Assembly: GCA_021786705.1 (NCBI GenBank)
Contig: JAJYMV010000055.1
Location: 5,306 to 69,305, forward strand
Direction: 5' to 3'
Length of the DNA: 64,000 bases
DNA from: a bacterium
GTDB lineage: Bacteria; Vulcanimicrobiota; Vulcanimicrobiia; Vulcanimicrobiales; Vulcanimicrobiaceae
Below, in pieces: positions 28,306 through 37,203 of this stretch. The stretch's first letter is position 1; each line of letters begins with the position of its first letter. Both the position numbers and the translations under genes were made by a program. Below the pieces are notes generated by a model that did no database searches, was not told where the DNA came from, and saw only the letters and a list, made by a program, of their open reading frames with translations.

Positions 28306-28938
28306 ATGGACTGGCATTTTACCGCGACGGCATTCGCAACGGCATTTACCATCGTCGATCCGCTCGGCATGATCCCGTTCACCATGGCGACGACCGCCCA
28401 CTTGCCGCGCGAAAAGCGCGGCCGCATCGTCGATCAGGCGGTGCTCGTCGCCGCGGTCGTCATGGCGGCGATGGGCCTGGTCGGCCCGGCGGTGCTCGCC
28501 TACCTCGGGATCACCCTCCCGGCCTTCACCATCGCCGGGGGCATGCTGCTCTTCCTCATCGCGATCGATATGCTCTTCGCCCGGCCGACCGGTACGCGCC
28601 GCACCGAAGACGAGGAACGCGCTGCGAGCGCCGCCGAGAACCCGGCGGTCTTCCCCCTAGCGATCCCCATGATCGCGGGGCCGGGGACGCTTGCGACGGT
28701 CCTGCTCCTCGTCAGCCTCGCTGCAGGCTCCGCGACGCGCATCCTCTCTACGGTGCTCGCTTATGCGGCGGCACTCTTCGTAACCTGGCTCTGCATGCGC
28801 GGTGCCGCTCGCTTCTTGCACCGCATCGGTACGACCGGGATTCACGTCGTCTCGCGCGTGCTCGGCATCGTGCTCGCCGCGCTCGCGGTGCAGTTCGTCA
28901 TCAACGGCCTCTTACAGACGCCGCTCTTCCACCACTAG
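28306..28938 (+). CDS. MarC/UPF0056-family membrane protein
   Basis: Start refined to ATG 28306 (MDWHFTATAFATAFTIVDPLGMIP). AVFPLAIPMIAGPG. Six predicted TM segments. Confidence 0.85.
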   Translation: MDWHFTATAFATAFTIVDPLGMIPFTMATTAHLPREKRGRIVDQAVLVAAVVMAAMGLVGPAVLAYLGITLPAFTIAGGMLLFLIAIDMLFARPTGTRRTEDEERAASAAENPAVFPLAIPMIAGPGTLATVLLLVSLAAGSATRILSTVLAYAAALFVTWLCMRGAARFLHRIGTTGIHVVSRVLGIVLAALAVQFVINGLLQTPLFHH

Positions 28939-29115
28939 GAGCCTGTCGGAGTATCGGCCATGCGTTCAATGCGAGCCATTTTGGCCGAGTTCGAGGAGCG
29001 AGGAGCGCGGAATAACAGCGTCATTGAAGCGACGAGCGACGACAAAATCGGCCACAATGGCCGCACCCGCAGGCCCATCGTTGGACGCGTGGGCAATACT
29101 GCGACAGGCTCCTAG
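28935..29115. repeat. 181-bp bipartite imperfect inverted repeat (MITE-like / long hairpin) between convergent marC and pyrC
   Basis: 28935-28971 pairs with 29079-29115: 37 positions with 3 mismatches and 3 G-U pairs on the plus-strand RNA. A second helix pairs 28976-28988 with 29048-29060 (13 bp, 1 mismatch). Both flanking TAG stop codons lie in the terminal arms. Confidence 0.65.
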
Positions 29116-30401
29116 GAGCCGCTCGCTCCACCCTCGGCGCGGTAGGCAACGCGCCCGGCGACAACCGTCGCCTCCACGCATCGCGGAAGCTCCCATCCCT
29201 CGAAGGGCGTCGCGCGCCCCTTCGATGCGAAGCGCGCGGGATCGACGCGCCAGGGCCGCTCCGAAAACATCGTGATATCGGCGGGAGCACCGACCGCAAG
29301 CGTCCCACCGGGAAGCTGGAACACCTCGGCGGCGCGCGTGCTGCAGAGTGCGACGAAATCGCTCATCGAAAGATCGGGCAGCGCGCGGGCATACGCTCCG
29401 ACCGCGATCTCCAACCCGGTGAAGCCGACCGCCGCGTGCGCGAGATCGCCGCTCTTTTCGGCATCGGTATGCGGCGCGTGATCGCTCGCAAAAAAATCGA
29501 TCGCACCGGCCCGCACCGCATCCCGTAACGCGCGCGCGTCGGCCGCGGTGCGCAAGGGCGGATTCACCTTCGCTCGCGCCCCGAACTCCTCGACCGCTTC
29601 ATCGGTGCACAACAGATGATGCGGCGTGACCTCGCAGGTCACGCGCGCGCAGCGCTCTCGTGCCCAGGCGATGAGTTCCACGCTGCGAGCGGTCGACACG
29701 TGGGCGATATGCACGCGGGCGCCGACCTCCAACGCGAGAACAAGATCGCGCGCGACGATGCTCTCCTCCGCCGATGCGGGGCTTCCCGGAACGCCGAGCC
29801 GCGCCGAGACCGCGCCCTCATGCATGACGCCGTTTCCCTTCAGTGCGGCATCTTCGGCATGAACGATCGCCGGGCGGCCGAGCGAGACGAGCGCGCGCAG
29901 GACCTCGCGCATCACGCGCGCGTCGGCGACCGTGCTTCCGTCGTCGGAAAACGCGACCGCGCCCGCCGCGACGAGCGATGGATAATCGAGCACCTCGCGC
30001 CCCGCACGGGCGCGCGTCATCGCCGCAATCGGAAAAATTCGCGCGAGGACTCCGCGTTCGCGGTTTGGAGCGGGAAACGCAACCCGCGCCACCATCTCCA
30101 CGCCGTCGATCGCCGGCTCGGTATTCGGCATCGCACAGAGCGCGGTAAAACCGCCGCGTACCGCAGCTGCAGTTCCCGAAGCGAGCGTCTCCTTCGTCTC
30201 GAATCCGGGTTCGCGCAAGTGCACGTGCGCGTCGATGAATCCCGGTGCGACGACCCAGCCCACCGCGTCGATCGTCTCTTCGCCGGCACGCGCGCGCAGG
30301 TGCTCCCCGATCTCGACGATGCGCTCGCCCTCGGTACGAAGATCGCGTAATGCATCGAGACGTTGTCGCGGATCGACGATGCGCCCACCCCGAACGAGCA
30401 T
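29112..30401 (-). CDS. pyrC: dihydroorotase
   Basis: GFIDAHVHLREPG, FTALCAMPNT, IVHAED, ASDHAPH. 429 aa. Confidence 0.93.
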   Translation of the reverse strand: MLVRGGRIVDPRQRLDALRDLRTEGERIVEIGEHLRARAGEETIDAVGWVVAPGFIDAHVHLREPGFETKETLASGTAAAVRGGFTALCAMPNTEPAIDGVEMVARVAFPAPNRERGVLARIFPIAAMTRARAGREVLDYPSLVAAGAVAFSDDGSTVADARVMREVLRALVSLGRPAIVHAEDAALKGNGVMHEGAVSARLGVPGSPASAEESIVARDLVLALEVGARVHIAHVSTARSVELIAWARERCARVTCEVTPHHLLCTDEAVEEFGARAKVNPPLRTAADARALRDAVRAGAIDFFASDHAPHTDAEKSGDLAHAAVGFTGLEIAVGAYARALPDLSMSDFVALCSTRAAEVFQLPGGTLAVGAPADITMFSERPWRVDPARFASKGRATPFEGWELPRCVEATVVAGRVAYRAEGGASGS

Positions 30402-30404
30402 CGC

Positions 30405-31307
30405 CTACCAGCCGTGAACGAGATGGTGCAAAAGGGCCGCCCGCACCAAAACGCCGTTGCGCACCTGTTCGCGGTAACGCCACCGAGGATCGACGGTTAC
30501 GGCGTCGACGATCTCGACTCCGCGATTGTAGGGCCCCGGATGAAGAATCGGCGTTCGCGGGCCGACCCGTTCGAGGCGTTCGTCGTTGAGTTGGTATGCC
30601 GCGATATAGGCGTTGTCGTCGATCGGCATGCTATCGAAGCGTTCGCGCTGCACGCGCAGCATGACGAGCGCGTCGATGGACTCGAGCGCCGCATCGAAAT
30701 CGCGCGCGATACGCACGGCGGACGGCACCTCGCTTGCGGACAGAAAGGCCTCGGGGCCGATGGCGAGTACCCGCGCACCGTAGCGATGGAGAAGCCGCAT
30801 CGAGGAGTGCGCGACCCGGCTGTGCCGGATGTCACCGACGAACGCAATCGTGCGGTCGCGTACGTCTCCAAGAATATCTCGCAGCGTAAAGGTGTCCAAC
30901 AATGCTTGCGTCGGGTGCGCGTTGGTCCCGTCACCTGCGTTTACCGTGCAGCCGTCGAATGCCGCGGCGAGCTCGGCAACGGCGCCCGCGAGCGGATGCC
31001 GCGCGACCAGCACGTCGATTCCTAAGGCACGCAGCGTGATCGCCGTGTCGTCGAGCCGCTCGCCCTTGGTCGCAAGGCTTAATTGTGCCGGCGAAAGGTT
31101 GACGACATTCGCTCCTAAGCGCATTTGCGCGCACTGAAAAGAAACGTGCGTTCGCGTGCTTTGTTCGAAAAACATATTCGCACAGAATCGTCCCTCGAGG
31201 GAACGCGGTGCCGGGCGCTGCGCGAATTCATGCGCGAGCGAAAAAATTGCATCGACTTCCTCGTTAGTGAGGTCGTCGATATCGAGCAGGCTACGCGTCG
31301 TCGTCAA
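30405..31307 (-). CDS. pyrB: aspartate carbamoyltransferase catalytic subunit
   Basis: MFFEQSTRTHVSF, HPTQALLD, HPGPYNRGVEI. Confidence 0.95.
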   Translation of the reverse strand: MTTTRSLLDIDDLTNEEVDAIFSLAHEFAQRPAPRSLEGRFCANMFFEQSTRTHVSFQCAQMRLGANVVNLSPAQLSLATKGERLDDTAITLRALGIDVLVARHPLAGAVAELAAAFDGCTVNAGDGTNAHPTQALLDTFTLRDILGDVRDRTIAFVGDIRHSRVAHSSMRLLHRYGARVLAIGPEAFLSASEVPSAVRIARDFDAALESIDALVMLRVQRERFDSMPIDDNAYIAAYQLNDERLERVGPRTPILHPGPYNRGVEIVDAVTVDPRWRYREQVRNGVLVRAALLHHLVHGW

Positions 31308-31827
31308 CGAGCAAGACCTCGTCGGTCGCGGCGGGCGTCGGATGCAACGTAACGACCACGCGCTCGCGACGGCTGGTGGGAATGCGGCGCCCGACGTAAT
31401 CGCCTTGGACCGGCAATTCGCGAAGGCCGCGATCGACGAGCACGCAAAGGCGAATCGCCGAAGGCCGGCCGAGATCGATCAGCGCGTCGAGAGCGCTGCG
31501 AACCGTTCGTCCGGTAAAGAGCACGTCGTCGACGATCACGAGCGACCGCCCATCGACCGCGTCGGGGATCTGCGACTCCGGAAGCGCGTGGACGACGTTA
31601 TCGTCGCGATAGAGATTGACGTTGAGATAGCCCAACGTCGGTGCGACGCCGCTGATGCGTTCGATGTGCGCCGCGAGTCGCTGCGCGAGCGCCTCGCCGC
31701 CGCGACGGATTCCGAAAAGTTCGATCCCCTTTCGCGCGTCCTCCGGTTCTAAAATTTCGTGCGCGAGCCGCGCGATGATCCGTTCGATCTCCTCGGCTCC
31801 GACGAGCCGTCGACTGCGTGCACTCAT
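31291..31827 (-). CDS. pyrR: bifunctional pyrimidine operon regulator / uracil phosphoribosyltransferase PyrR
   Basis: LVIVDDVLFTGRTVRSALDAL (PRPP-binding motif). 178 aa, directly upstream of pyrB. Confidence 0.93.
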   Translation of the reverse strand: MSARSRRLVGAEEIERIIARLAHEILEPEDARKGIELFGIRRGGEALAQRLAAHIERISGVAPTLGYLNVNLYRDDNVVHALPESQIPDAVDGRSLVIVDDVLFTGRTVRSALDALIDLGRPSAIRLCVLVDRGLRELPVQGDYVGRRIPTSRRERVVVTLHPTPAATDEVLLVDDDA

Positions 31828-34433
31828 TTGCCTGCCTCCATCGCGGAGAGCGCCTCGCGCGCCCGCCGTAGATCGTTACGATATCCATCGAGTTTCGCTC
31901 GTTCGGCACCGACGACCTCGGCGGCCGCTCGCGCCACAAACGCCTCGTTTGCCAACTTCTTCTCCGAGCGAGCGACCTCGGCGAGCAATCGTTCGACCTC
32001 CCGTCGGTAGCGTTCGGTCATTTGTTCGCGCGGAGCCTCGACGCTCACCGCATCGAGCGCCGCGATCGCATCCCCTCCCACTGCCTCGCTTTCGAGACCT
32101 GCCGCCGCGCCGAAGTGCAGCACCAGCGCGCGGAGCTCTTCGGGAAGGTTCGCCGGAATGCGGATGTTCATCGGCGCGCGCGGAGCGAGGCCGTAGGCGA
32201 CCCGTTCGTTGCGAATGCGTTCGATGCAACGCTGAAACGCTTCGAATTCCGCGACCGCTCGCGCATCTTCAGCACATTCGAAGGGATCGGGCCAGGCCGC
32301 CGTGACGATACTCTCGCCGTCGTGCGGGAGCGCCTGCCAAACCTCTTCGGTGATAAACGGCGCGATCGGGTGCAAGAGACGCATCGACGCGTTGAGCACG
32401 TACGAAAGGACCGACGCTCGCGTCGCCCGCGCCTCGGGCATCTTCGTCGCCTCGATATACCAGTCGCAGAGTTCGTACCACACGAAGCGCCAGAGCGTCT
32501 CGACCGCATTGCCGAAATCGAAACCGTCGAAGAGCGCACTCGTCCGTTCGATCGTCGCCCGCAAACGTGCCACGATCCAGCGATCGGCGAGCGTCCGCTC
32601 GGCCGACAGCGGCAACTGCATCGCCCCCGGAAGCCCCTCGGAAAGCGCGCGAGCGTACCGCAACGCATTCCAAATCTTGCTGTTGAAATTCCGTGCCTCT
32701 TCGCAACGCGACTCTTGAAAACGAATCTCTTGTCCTTCGAGCCGCATCTGGCGCAGGATGCCCACGCGAAAAGCGTCGGCGCCGTATTTCACGACCAAAT
32801 CCATCGGGTCGATCGCATTCCCGAGCGATTTACTCATCTTCCGGCCCTGTGCGTCGAAGACCAACGGCGTGACGAAGACGGTGGGGAACGGCAAACGGTC
32901 GAGCAGGTGAAGGCCCATCATGACCATACGCGCCACCCATAAAAAGATAATCTCGCCGCCGGTGATCAATACGCTCGTCGGATACCAATGGTCGAGTTCG
33001 GGTGTCGAGGCCGGCCAACCGAGGATCGAGAAGGGCCAGAGCGCACTGCTAAACCAGGTGTCGAGGGTATCGGGATCTCGCGTTAGCGAGGCGCCTGCGT
33101 GGTCGCGTTGCGCGATCGCCCGCGCCTCCCCCTCATCGTGCGCGACGACGATCGAGCCGTCGGGCGTGTACCAGACCGGCAGTTGGTGTCCCCACCACAC
33201 CTGTCGCGAAATGTTCCAATCGCGAATCTGCTCGAGCCATTGTTCGTAGGTACGCCCGTAGCGCTCCGGAACGAATCGGAGCCGTCCTTCGCGGTATGCG
33301 GCCAATGCCGGCTTCGCGAGCGACTCCATCCGCACGAACCATTGCAGCGAGAGCATCGGCTCGACGACCTCGCCGCTCCGTTCGCTTCGAGCGATCGCCA
33401 TCCGATGCGCGCGCTCTTCCAGCAACGCACCCGACGCGCGAAGATCGGCGAGAATACGGTCGCGCGCGACGTAGCGATCGAGCCCGTTATAGGGCCCGAC
33501 CTCAATCTCCGCATCGCTGATGCGCGCGTGAAGATCGAAAATCGAGGGCATCGGCAAATCGTGACGGCGGCCGATTTCGTAATCGACGGCATCGTGCGCC
33601 GGCGTGACTTTCACCGCGCCGGTTCCGAAACCCGGATCGACGGCGTCGTCGGCGATCACCGGAATCGCACGGCCGGTCAACGGCAGAACGACCTTCGAGC
33701 CGATGAGTGCGCCATAGCGCTCGTCGTTGGGGTGGACCGCAATCGCTACGTCGCCGAGCATCGTTTCGGGGCGCGTCGTCGCAACGACGATGCCCTCGCC
33801 TCCATCGACGCCGCGATAGCGAACGAACCAGAGCGTCGCATCGCATTCTTCGCGATCGATCTCTGCATCGGAGAGCGTCGTCTGCGATTTGGGATCCCAG
33901 TGAATTAACCGTTTCCCCCGATAGATGAGCCCTTCGCGGTAAAGGCGCACGAAGGCGTCGCGGACCGCTGCGGAGAGCCCTTCATCCATCGTGAAGCGCG
34001 AACGCTCCCAATCGGGGCCGAAGCCCAACGTACGAAACTGTCCCTCGATCGTTCCGCCGTACTCTTTCGCCCACGCCCACGCGCGCTCGAGATACCGCGG
34101 GCGCCCGAGCGACTCGCGACTTTCGCCGTTCTTTGCCAACTCGCGCACGAGCACCGATTCCGTGGCGATCGCCGCATGATCGGTGCCGGGCAACCAATCG
34201 GCGTTGTCGCCGAGCATACGATGATATCGAGTGAGAATATCCATCGGCGTATAGGTCGAGCCGTGACCGAGATGAGCCCGACCGGTAACATTGGGCGGCG
34301 GCATCGCAATAATGAAGGGCGGGCGTGCGGGGTCGGGTTCCTCATGAAAAAGGCCCTTCTCTTCCCACCACGCATAACGCGACGCTTCGACGCGCCGCGG
34401 ATCGTAGGTAGCCGGCAATTCCTCGTTCGTCAT
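31824..34433 (-). CDS. valS: valine--tRNA ligase
   Basis: Start refined to ATG 34433 (MTNEELPATYDP...). HIGH-type PPPNVTGRAHLGH, KMSKS present, C-terminal coiled coil. Confidence 0.97.
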   Translation of the reverse strand: MTNEELPATYDPRRVEASRYAWWEEKGLFHEEPDPARPPFIIAMPPPNVTGRAHLGHGSTYTPMDILTRYHRMLGDNADWLPGTDHAAIATESVLVRELAKNGESRESLGRPRYLERAWAWAKEYGGTIEGQFRTLGFGPDWERSRFTMDEGLSAAVRDAFVRLYREGLIYRGKRLIHWDPKSQTTLSDAEIDREECDATLWFVRYRGVDGGEGIVVATTRPETMLGDVAIAVHPNDERYGALIGSKVVLPLTGRAIPVIADDAVDPGFGTGAVKVTPAHDAVDYEIGRRHDLPMPSIFDLHARISDAEIEVGPYNGLDRYVARDRILADLRASGALLEERAHRMAIARSERSGEVVEPMLSLQWFVRMESLAKPALAAYREGRLRFVPERYGRTYEQWLEQIRDWNISRQVWWGHQLPVWYTPDGSIVVAHDEGEARAIAQRDHAGASLTRDPDTLDTWFSSALWPFSILGWPASTPELDHWYPTSVLITGGEIIFLWVARMVMMGLHLLDRLPFPTVFVTPLVFDAQGRKMSKSLGNAIDPMDLVVKYGADAFRVGILRQMRLEGQEIRFQESRCEEARNFNSKIWNALRYARALSEGLPGAMQLPLSAERTLADRWIVARLRATIERTSALFDGFDFGNAVETLWRFVWYELCDWYIEATKMPEARATRASVLSYVLNASMRLLHPIAPFITEEVWQALPHDGESIVTAAWPDPFECAEDARAVAEFEAFQRCIERIRNERVAYGLAPRAPMNIRIPANLPEELRALVLHFGAAAGLESEAVGGDAIAALDAVSVEAPREQMTERYRREVERLLAEVARSEKKLANEAFVARAAAEVVGAERAKLDGYRNDLRRAREALSAMEAGK

Positions 34434-34440
34434 GCTCGTT

Positions 34441-35844
34441 CTATAATACGCCGTCGACCAACATCGCTTCGAGCGAACGATTCCGCCCTTCGACGCCATA
34501 GCGCAGCCACCAGAGCAGCGCGAACGAGCCGACGGCAAAGATCGCCGCCATCGCCACAAAGACCGGGGCGACGCCCGCACGCGCGAAGAGCGCGTAGAAC
34601 GCCAACGGTGCGGCGATCGCTCCGACGCGCCCCACCGCGACCGAGAGGCCGATACCGGTCGCTCGCAGGTGCGTCGGAAAGAGTTCGCTCGTAATCACGT
34701 ACGCGCCCGAACCGACCCACGCGCTGAAGGTGCTGAATACGGCGAAGGCGGCGACGAAGGTCGCGGTACTTCCCAGCCCGAGGGCGAGCGCGAGCGATCC
34801 CAGCGCCGCCAGCGTGAAGCCGAGCAGCATGGTAGGGCGACGCCCCCAACGATCCATCAGCAGCGAGGAGACCACCTGGCCGCTCAGGCCGCAGAATGCG
34901 CCCAATAAATAGAGGAGCGGAATCTCTTGTCCGTGCATGCCGACTGCGGGGAAGATCGCGATACCGGCGATTGCGAGAATGCCGTAATACGGCATCACCT
35001 GCGCGAGATTGACCACGAATGCAAAAAATAACCGACGCGGCGTCGCCCGGAAGAGCTCCGCAATTTGTCCGAAATAGCCCGTCGCCGGAAGCAAGGGTGT
35101 AAATTCGATCGGCAGATCGGGGTCGACGACGGTCGCGGCGCCGCTCGCGGCTTCTACGACCGCCACGATCTCGTGCGCCTCGGCGACGCGCCCGCGGGCG
35201 AGTAACCAGCGAGGCGACTCCGGAACGAAGCGGCGCACGATCAACACTCCGACCGCCAAGAGCGCTCCGAACCAAAACACGAGTCTCCAGGTCGCACCGC
35301 CGACGTTCCCGAGCGCGTAGAGTGCGATGCTCGAAGCGGCAATCGCACCGATATTCCAAGAAGCGTTGATCAATCCGTCGGTACGGCCGCGAAAGCGCGC
35401 CGGAACGAATTCGTCGATCGCGCAGTTAATCGCAGAAAATTCTCCGCCGATGCCAATACCCGTGAGGAAGCGAAAAAATGCGAGCGAGAGATAATTCCAC
35501 GAAAATCCGGTAAGGATCGTCGCCACGGCGTAGATCGCGAGCGTCACCATAAAAAGACGCTTGCGTCCGAGACGATCCGCGAGCTCCCCGAAGACCAACG
35601 CGCCGACGAGCATACCGATGGTGTAGATGGGGTTGACCCACGCCGCCAAGCTCGCGCTGAAGTGCAAGTGCGAAGCGATACTCGAGAGCACCGGGCCGAC
35701 GATCGCCGTCTCGAAGCCGTCGAGCACCCACGCGATGCCGAGCGCGACGGCGATACGCGTGTGCATCGGCGACCATGCGAGCGAATCGAGGCGCGACAGT
35801 AACGTCGGTTTCGAAGGCGACGACGCGGTGGAAGTGGACGGCAC
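34441..35844 (-). CDS. MFS transporter (sugar-porter-like)
   Basis: GELADRLGRKR, PESPRWL and multiple TM segments. Start taken as GTG 35844 or 35853, just before LLSRLDSLAWSPMHTRI. Confidence 0.85.
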   Translation of the reverse strand: MPSTSTASSPSKPTLLSRLDSLAWSPMHTRIAVALGIAWVLDGFETAIVGPVLSSIASHLHFSASLAAWVNPIYTIGMLVGALVFGELADRLGRKRLFMVTLAIYAVATILTGFSWNYLSLAFFRFLTGIGIGGEFSAINCAIDEFVPARFRGRTDGLINASWNIGAIAASSIALYALGNVGGATWRLVFWFGALLAVGVLIVRRFVPESPRWLLARGRVAEAHEIVAVVEAASGAATVVDPDLPIEFTPLLPATGYFGQIAELFRATPRRLFFAFVVNLAQVMPYYGILAIAGIAIFPAVGMHGQEIPLLYLLGAFCGLSGQVVSSLLMDRWGRRPTMLLGFTLAALGSLALALGLGSTATFVAAFAVFSTFSAWVGSGAYVITSELFPTHLRATGIGLSVAVGRVGAIAAPLAFYALFARAGVAPVFVAMAAIFAVGSFALLWWLRYGVEGRNRSLEAMLVDGVL

Positions 35845-35917
35845 GGCGCGCACTGTTGTCTGCGCGCGCGCAAATCGCCTGCAGGCAGGGGCGCGAGTGC
35901 GCTCGAAGCGCGCCACG

Positions 35918-36703
35918 ATGCGTACCCCAACGATCTTGCTCACCAACGACGATGGAATCGCTTCGCCCGGCTTGCACGCGCTCGCGCTCGCGCTCGCGGA
36001 GATCGCCCGGATCGTCGTCGTCGCCCCCGACGGCAACCGCAGCGGCGTGAGCCACGCGATCACGACCGGTGACTCCGTCGGCATTACGCCGTACCACGGA
36101 ATCGAGGGCATCCGTGCGTACGCCTGCACCGGGACGCCGGCGGATTGTGCGGTCATCGGCATCGGCGAGCTCTGCGGCGAGCGCCCCGACCTCGTCGTCA
36201 GCGGCATCAACGACGGCCCGAACCTCGCCGACGATGTGAACTACTCCGGGACGGTCGCCGGCGCGGTCGAGGCGGTCCTCCTCGGCGTTCGCGCGCTCGC
36301 CCTCTCGCTCGCGAGCGACCCCGACGACCGGTCGATGGCGCGCCGCTGGGAGAGCGCCGCCGAGCAGGCGCGCCTGCTCGTTCCGCAGGCCTTCGCCGAA
36401 TTGCCGCCCGAGCGGTACTGGAACGTCAACGTTCCCAACCTCGCTCCCGACCGGCTGCTCGGACGCCGTTTCACCAGCCTCGGGCGCAAGCGCTACGGCG
36501 ACACGATCTCCCGCACCGACGAGCGCCGCGACGCGCGGTATTACCGCGTCTGGAATCTTCCGGGGCGCGATGATAGCGACGATCCCGACTGCGATATCGG
36601 CGCCGTCCTCCACGGTTTCGTCAGTATCACGCCGATTGCGATCGACCGAACCGACCGAGAGGAGCTCAACCGTTTGCGGCTCGCCCCGGTTCCAGGGGCA
36701 TGA
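35918..36703 (+). CDS. surE: 5'/3'-nucleotidase SurE
   Basis: Start refined to ATG 35918 (MRTPTILLTNDDGIASPGL...APDGNRSG...GINDGPNLADDVNYSGTVAGA). Confidence 0.93.
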   Translation: MRTPTILLTNDDGIASPGLHALALALAEIARIVVVAPDGNRSGVSHAITTGDSVGITPYHGIEGIRAYACTGTPADCAVIGIGELCGERPDLVVSGINDGPNLADDVNYSGTVAGAVEAVLLGVRALALSLASDPDDRSMARRWESAAEQARLLVPQAFAELPPERYWNVNVPNLAPDRLLGRRFTSLGRKRYGDTISRTDERRDARYYRVWNLPGRDDSDDPDCDIGAVLHGFVSITPIAIDRTDREELNRLRLAPVPGA

Positions 36704-37203
36704 GAGAACGTTTTACCGTCGGCGAAGCCGCCCCGCTCGAACTCTTTCCCCGGCCGATCGAGCTCCCCGCACTCGTCATTTGGCCGCGACATACCGGTTG
36801 AACGTTCTTCGGTGAGCCGCTCGCGCAGTTGCGCGAGTCCGATCCAACGAAGCGCGACGCTCGCGTCTATATCGTGGTCGCCGCCGATGCAGCGACGACT
36901 GCGGCACTCTGCGGAGGCTACGGGGTCGCCGATGCCTGTATCGCCGATCCCGAACGGCGCACGCATCGCGCCGCACGGCTGCGCCCGGCCTCGATCCTCA
37001 CCTTCTTCTCGCGCGATCTCATACGACGCGCGTTGGAAAACCGACGCGCCGGCTTTCGACAAAACTGGGCGAAAGCGCGATGGGACGACCTCGGACGCGT
37101 GCCGGGAGCGATGCGTATCGACGCCGCCGGGCGGGTTGCCTGGATTCATCGCGGCGAACACGCCGGCGACCTTCCGCCGGTCGAAGAGCTGCTCGCACGC
37201 TAG
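36700..37203 (+). CDS. peroxiredoxin-like thioredoxin-fold protein with an in-frame TGA at 36799-36801 (candidate selenocysteine; alternatively a pseudogene)
   Basis: ATG 36700 overlaps the surE stop (ATGA). One frame reads MRERFTVGEAAPLELFPRPIELPALVIWPRHTG-TGA-TFFGEPLAQLRE...RIDAAGRVAWIHRGEHAGDLPPVEELLAR. The TGA sits where this fold carries its redox Cys. The ORF track calls only the TTG-started fragment 36829..37203. Confidence 0.5.
36820..36837 (+). promoter_or_regulatory. SECIS-like hairpin downstream of the in-frame TGA
   Basis: Perfect 7-bp stem CTCGCGC/GCGCGAG with an AGTT loop. It starts 18 nt after the TGA, and the loop G is 29 nt from the U of UGA. Confidence 0.4.

Noticed and set aside
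34433-34441. T-box leader upstream of valS
   Set aside because: Only 7 nt separate the MFS transporter stop from the valS start.
35426-36613. 395-aa minus-strand ORF across the MFS/surE divergent region
   Set aside because: It is out of frame with the MFS transporter and antisense to surE. It would remove the divergent promoter region. No recognisable domain.
36799-36801. Genome-wide reassignment of UGA (to Gly or Trp) as the explanation for the in-frame TGA
   Set aside because: TGA clearly terminates other well-defined genes in this window at conserved C-termini: surE 36701-36703, moxR 25380-25382, rph 3760-3762 and queA 10955-10957.
36541-37161. 206-aa minus-strand ORF opposite the Prx-like gene
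   Set aside because: The plus-strand frame matches a thioredoxin-fold family end to end and has the better third-position GC. The minus-strand product has no recognisable features.
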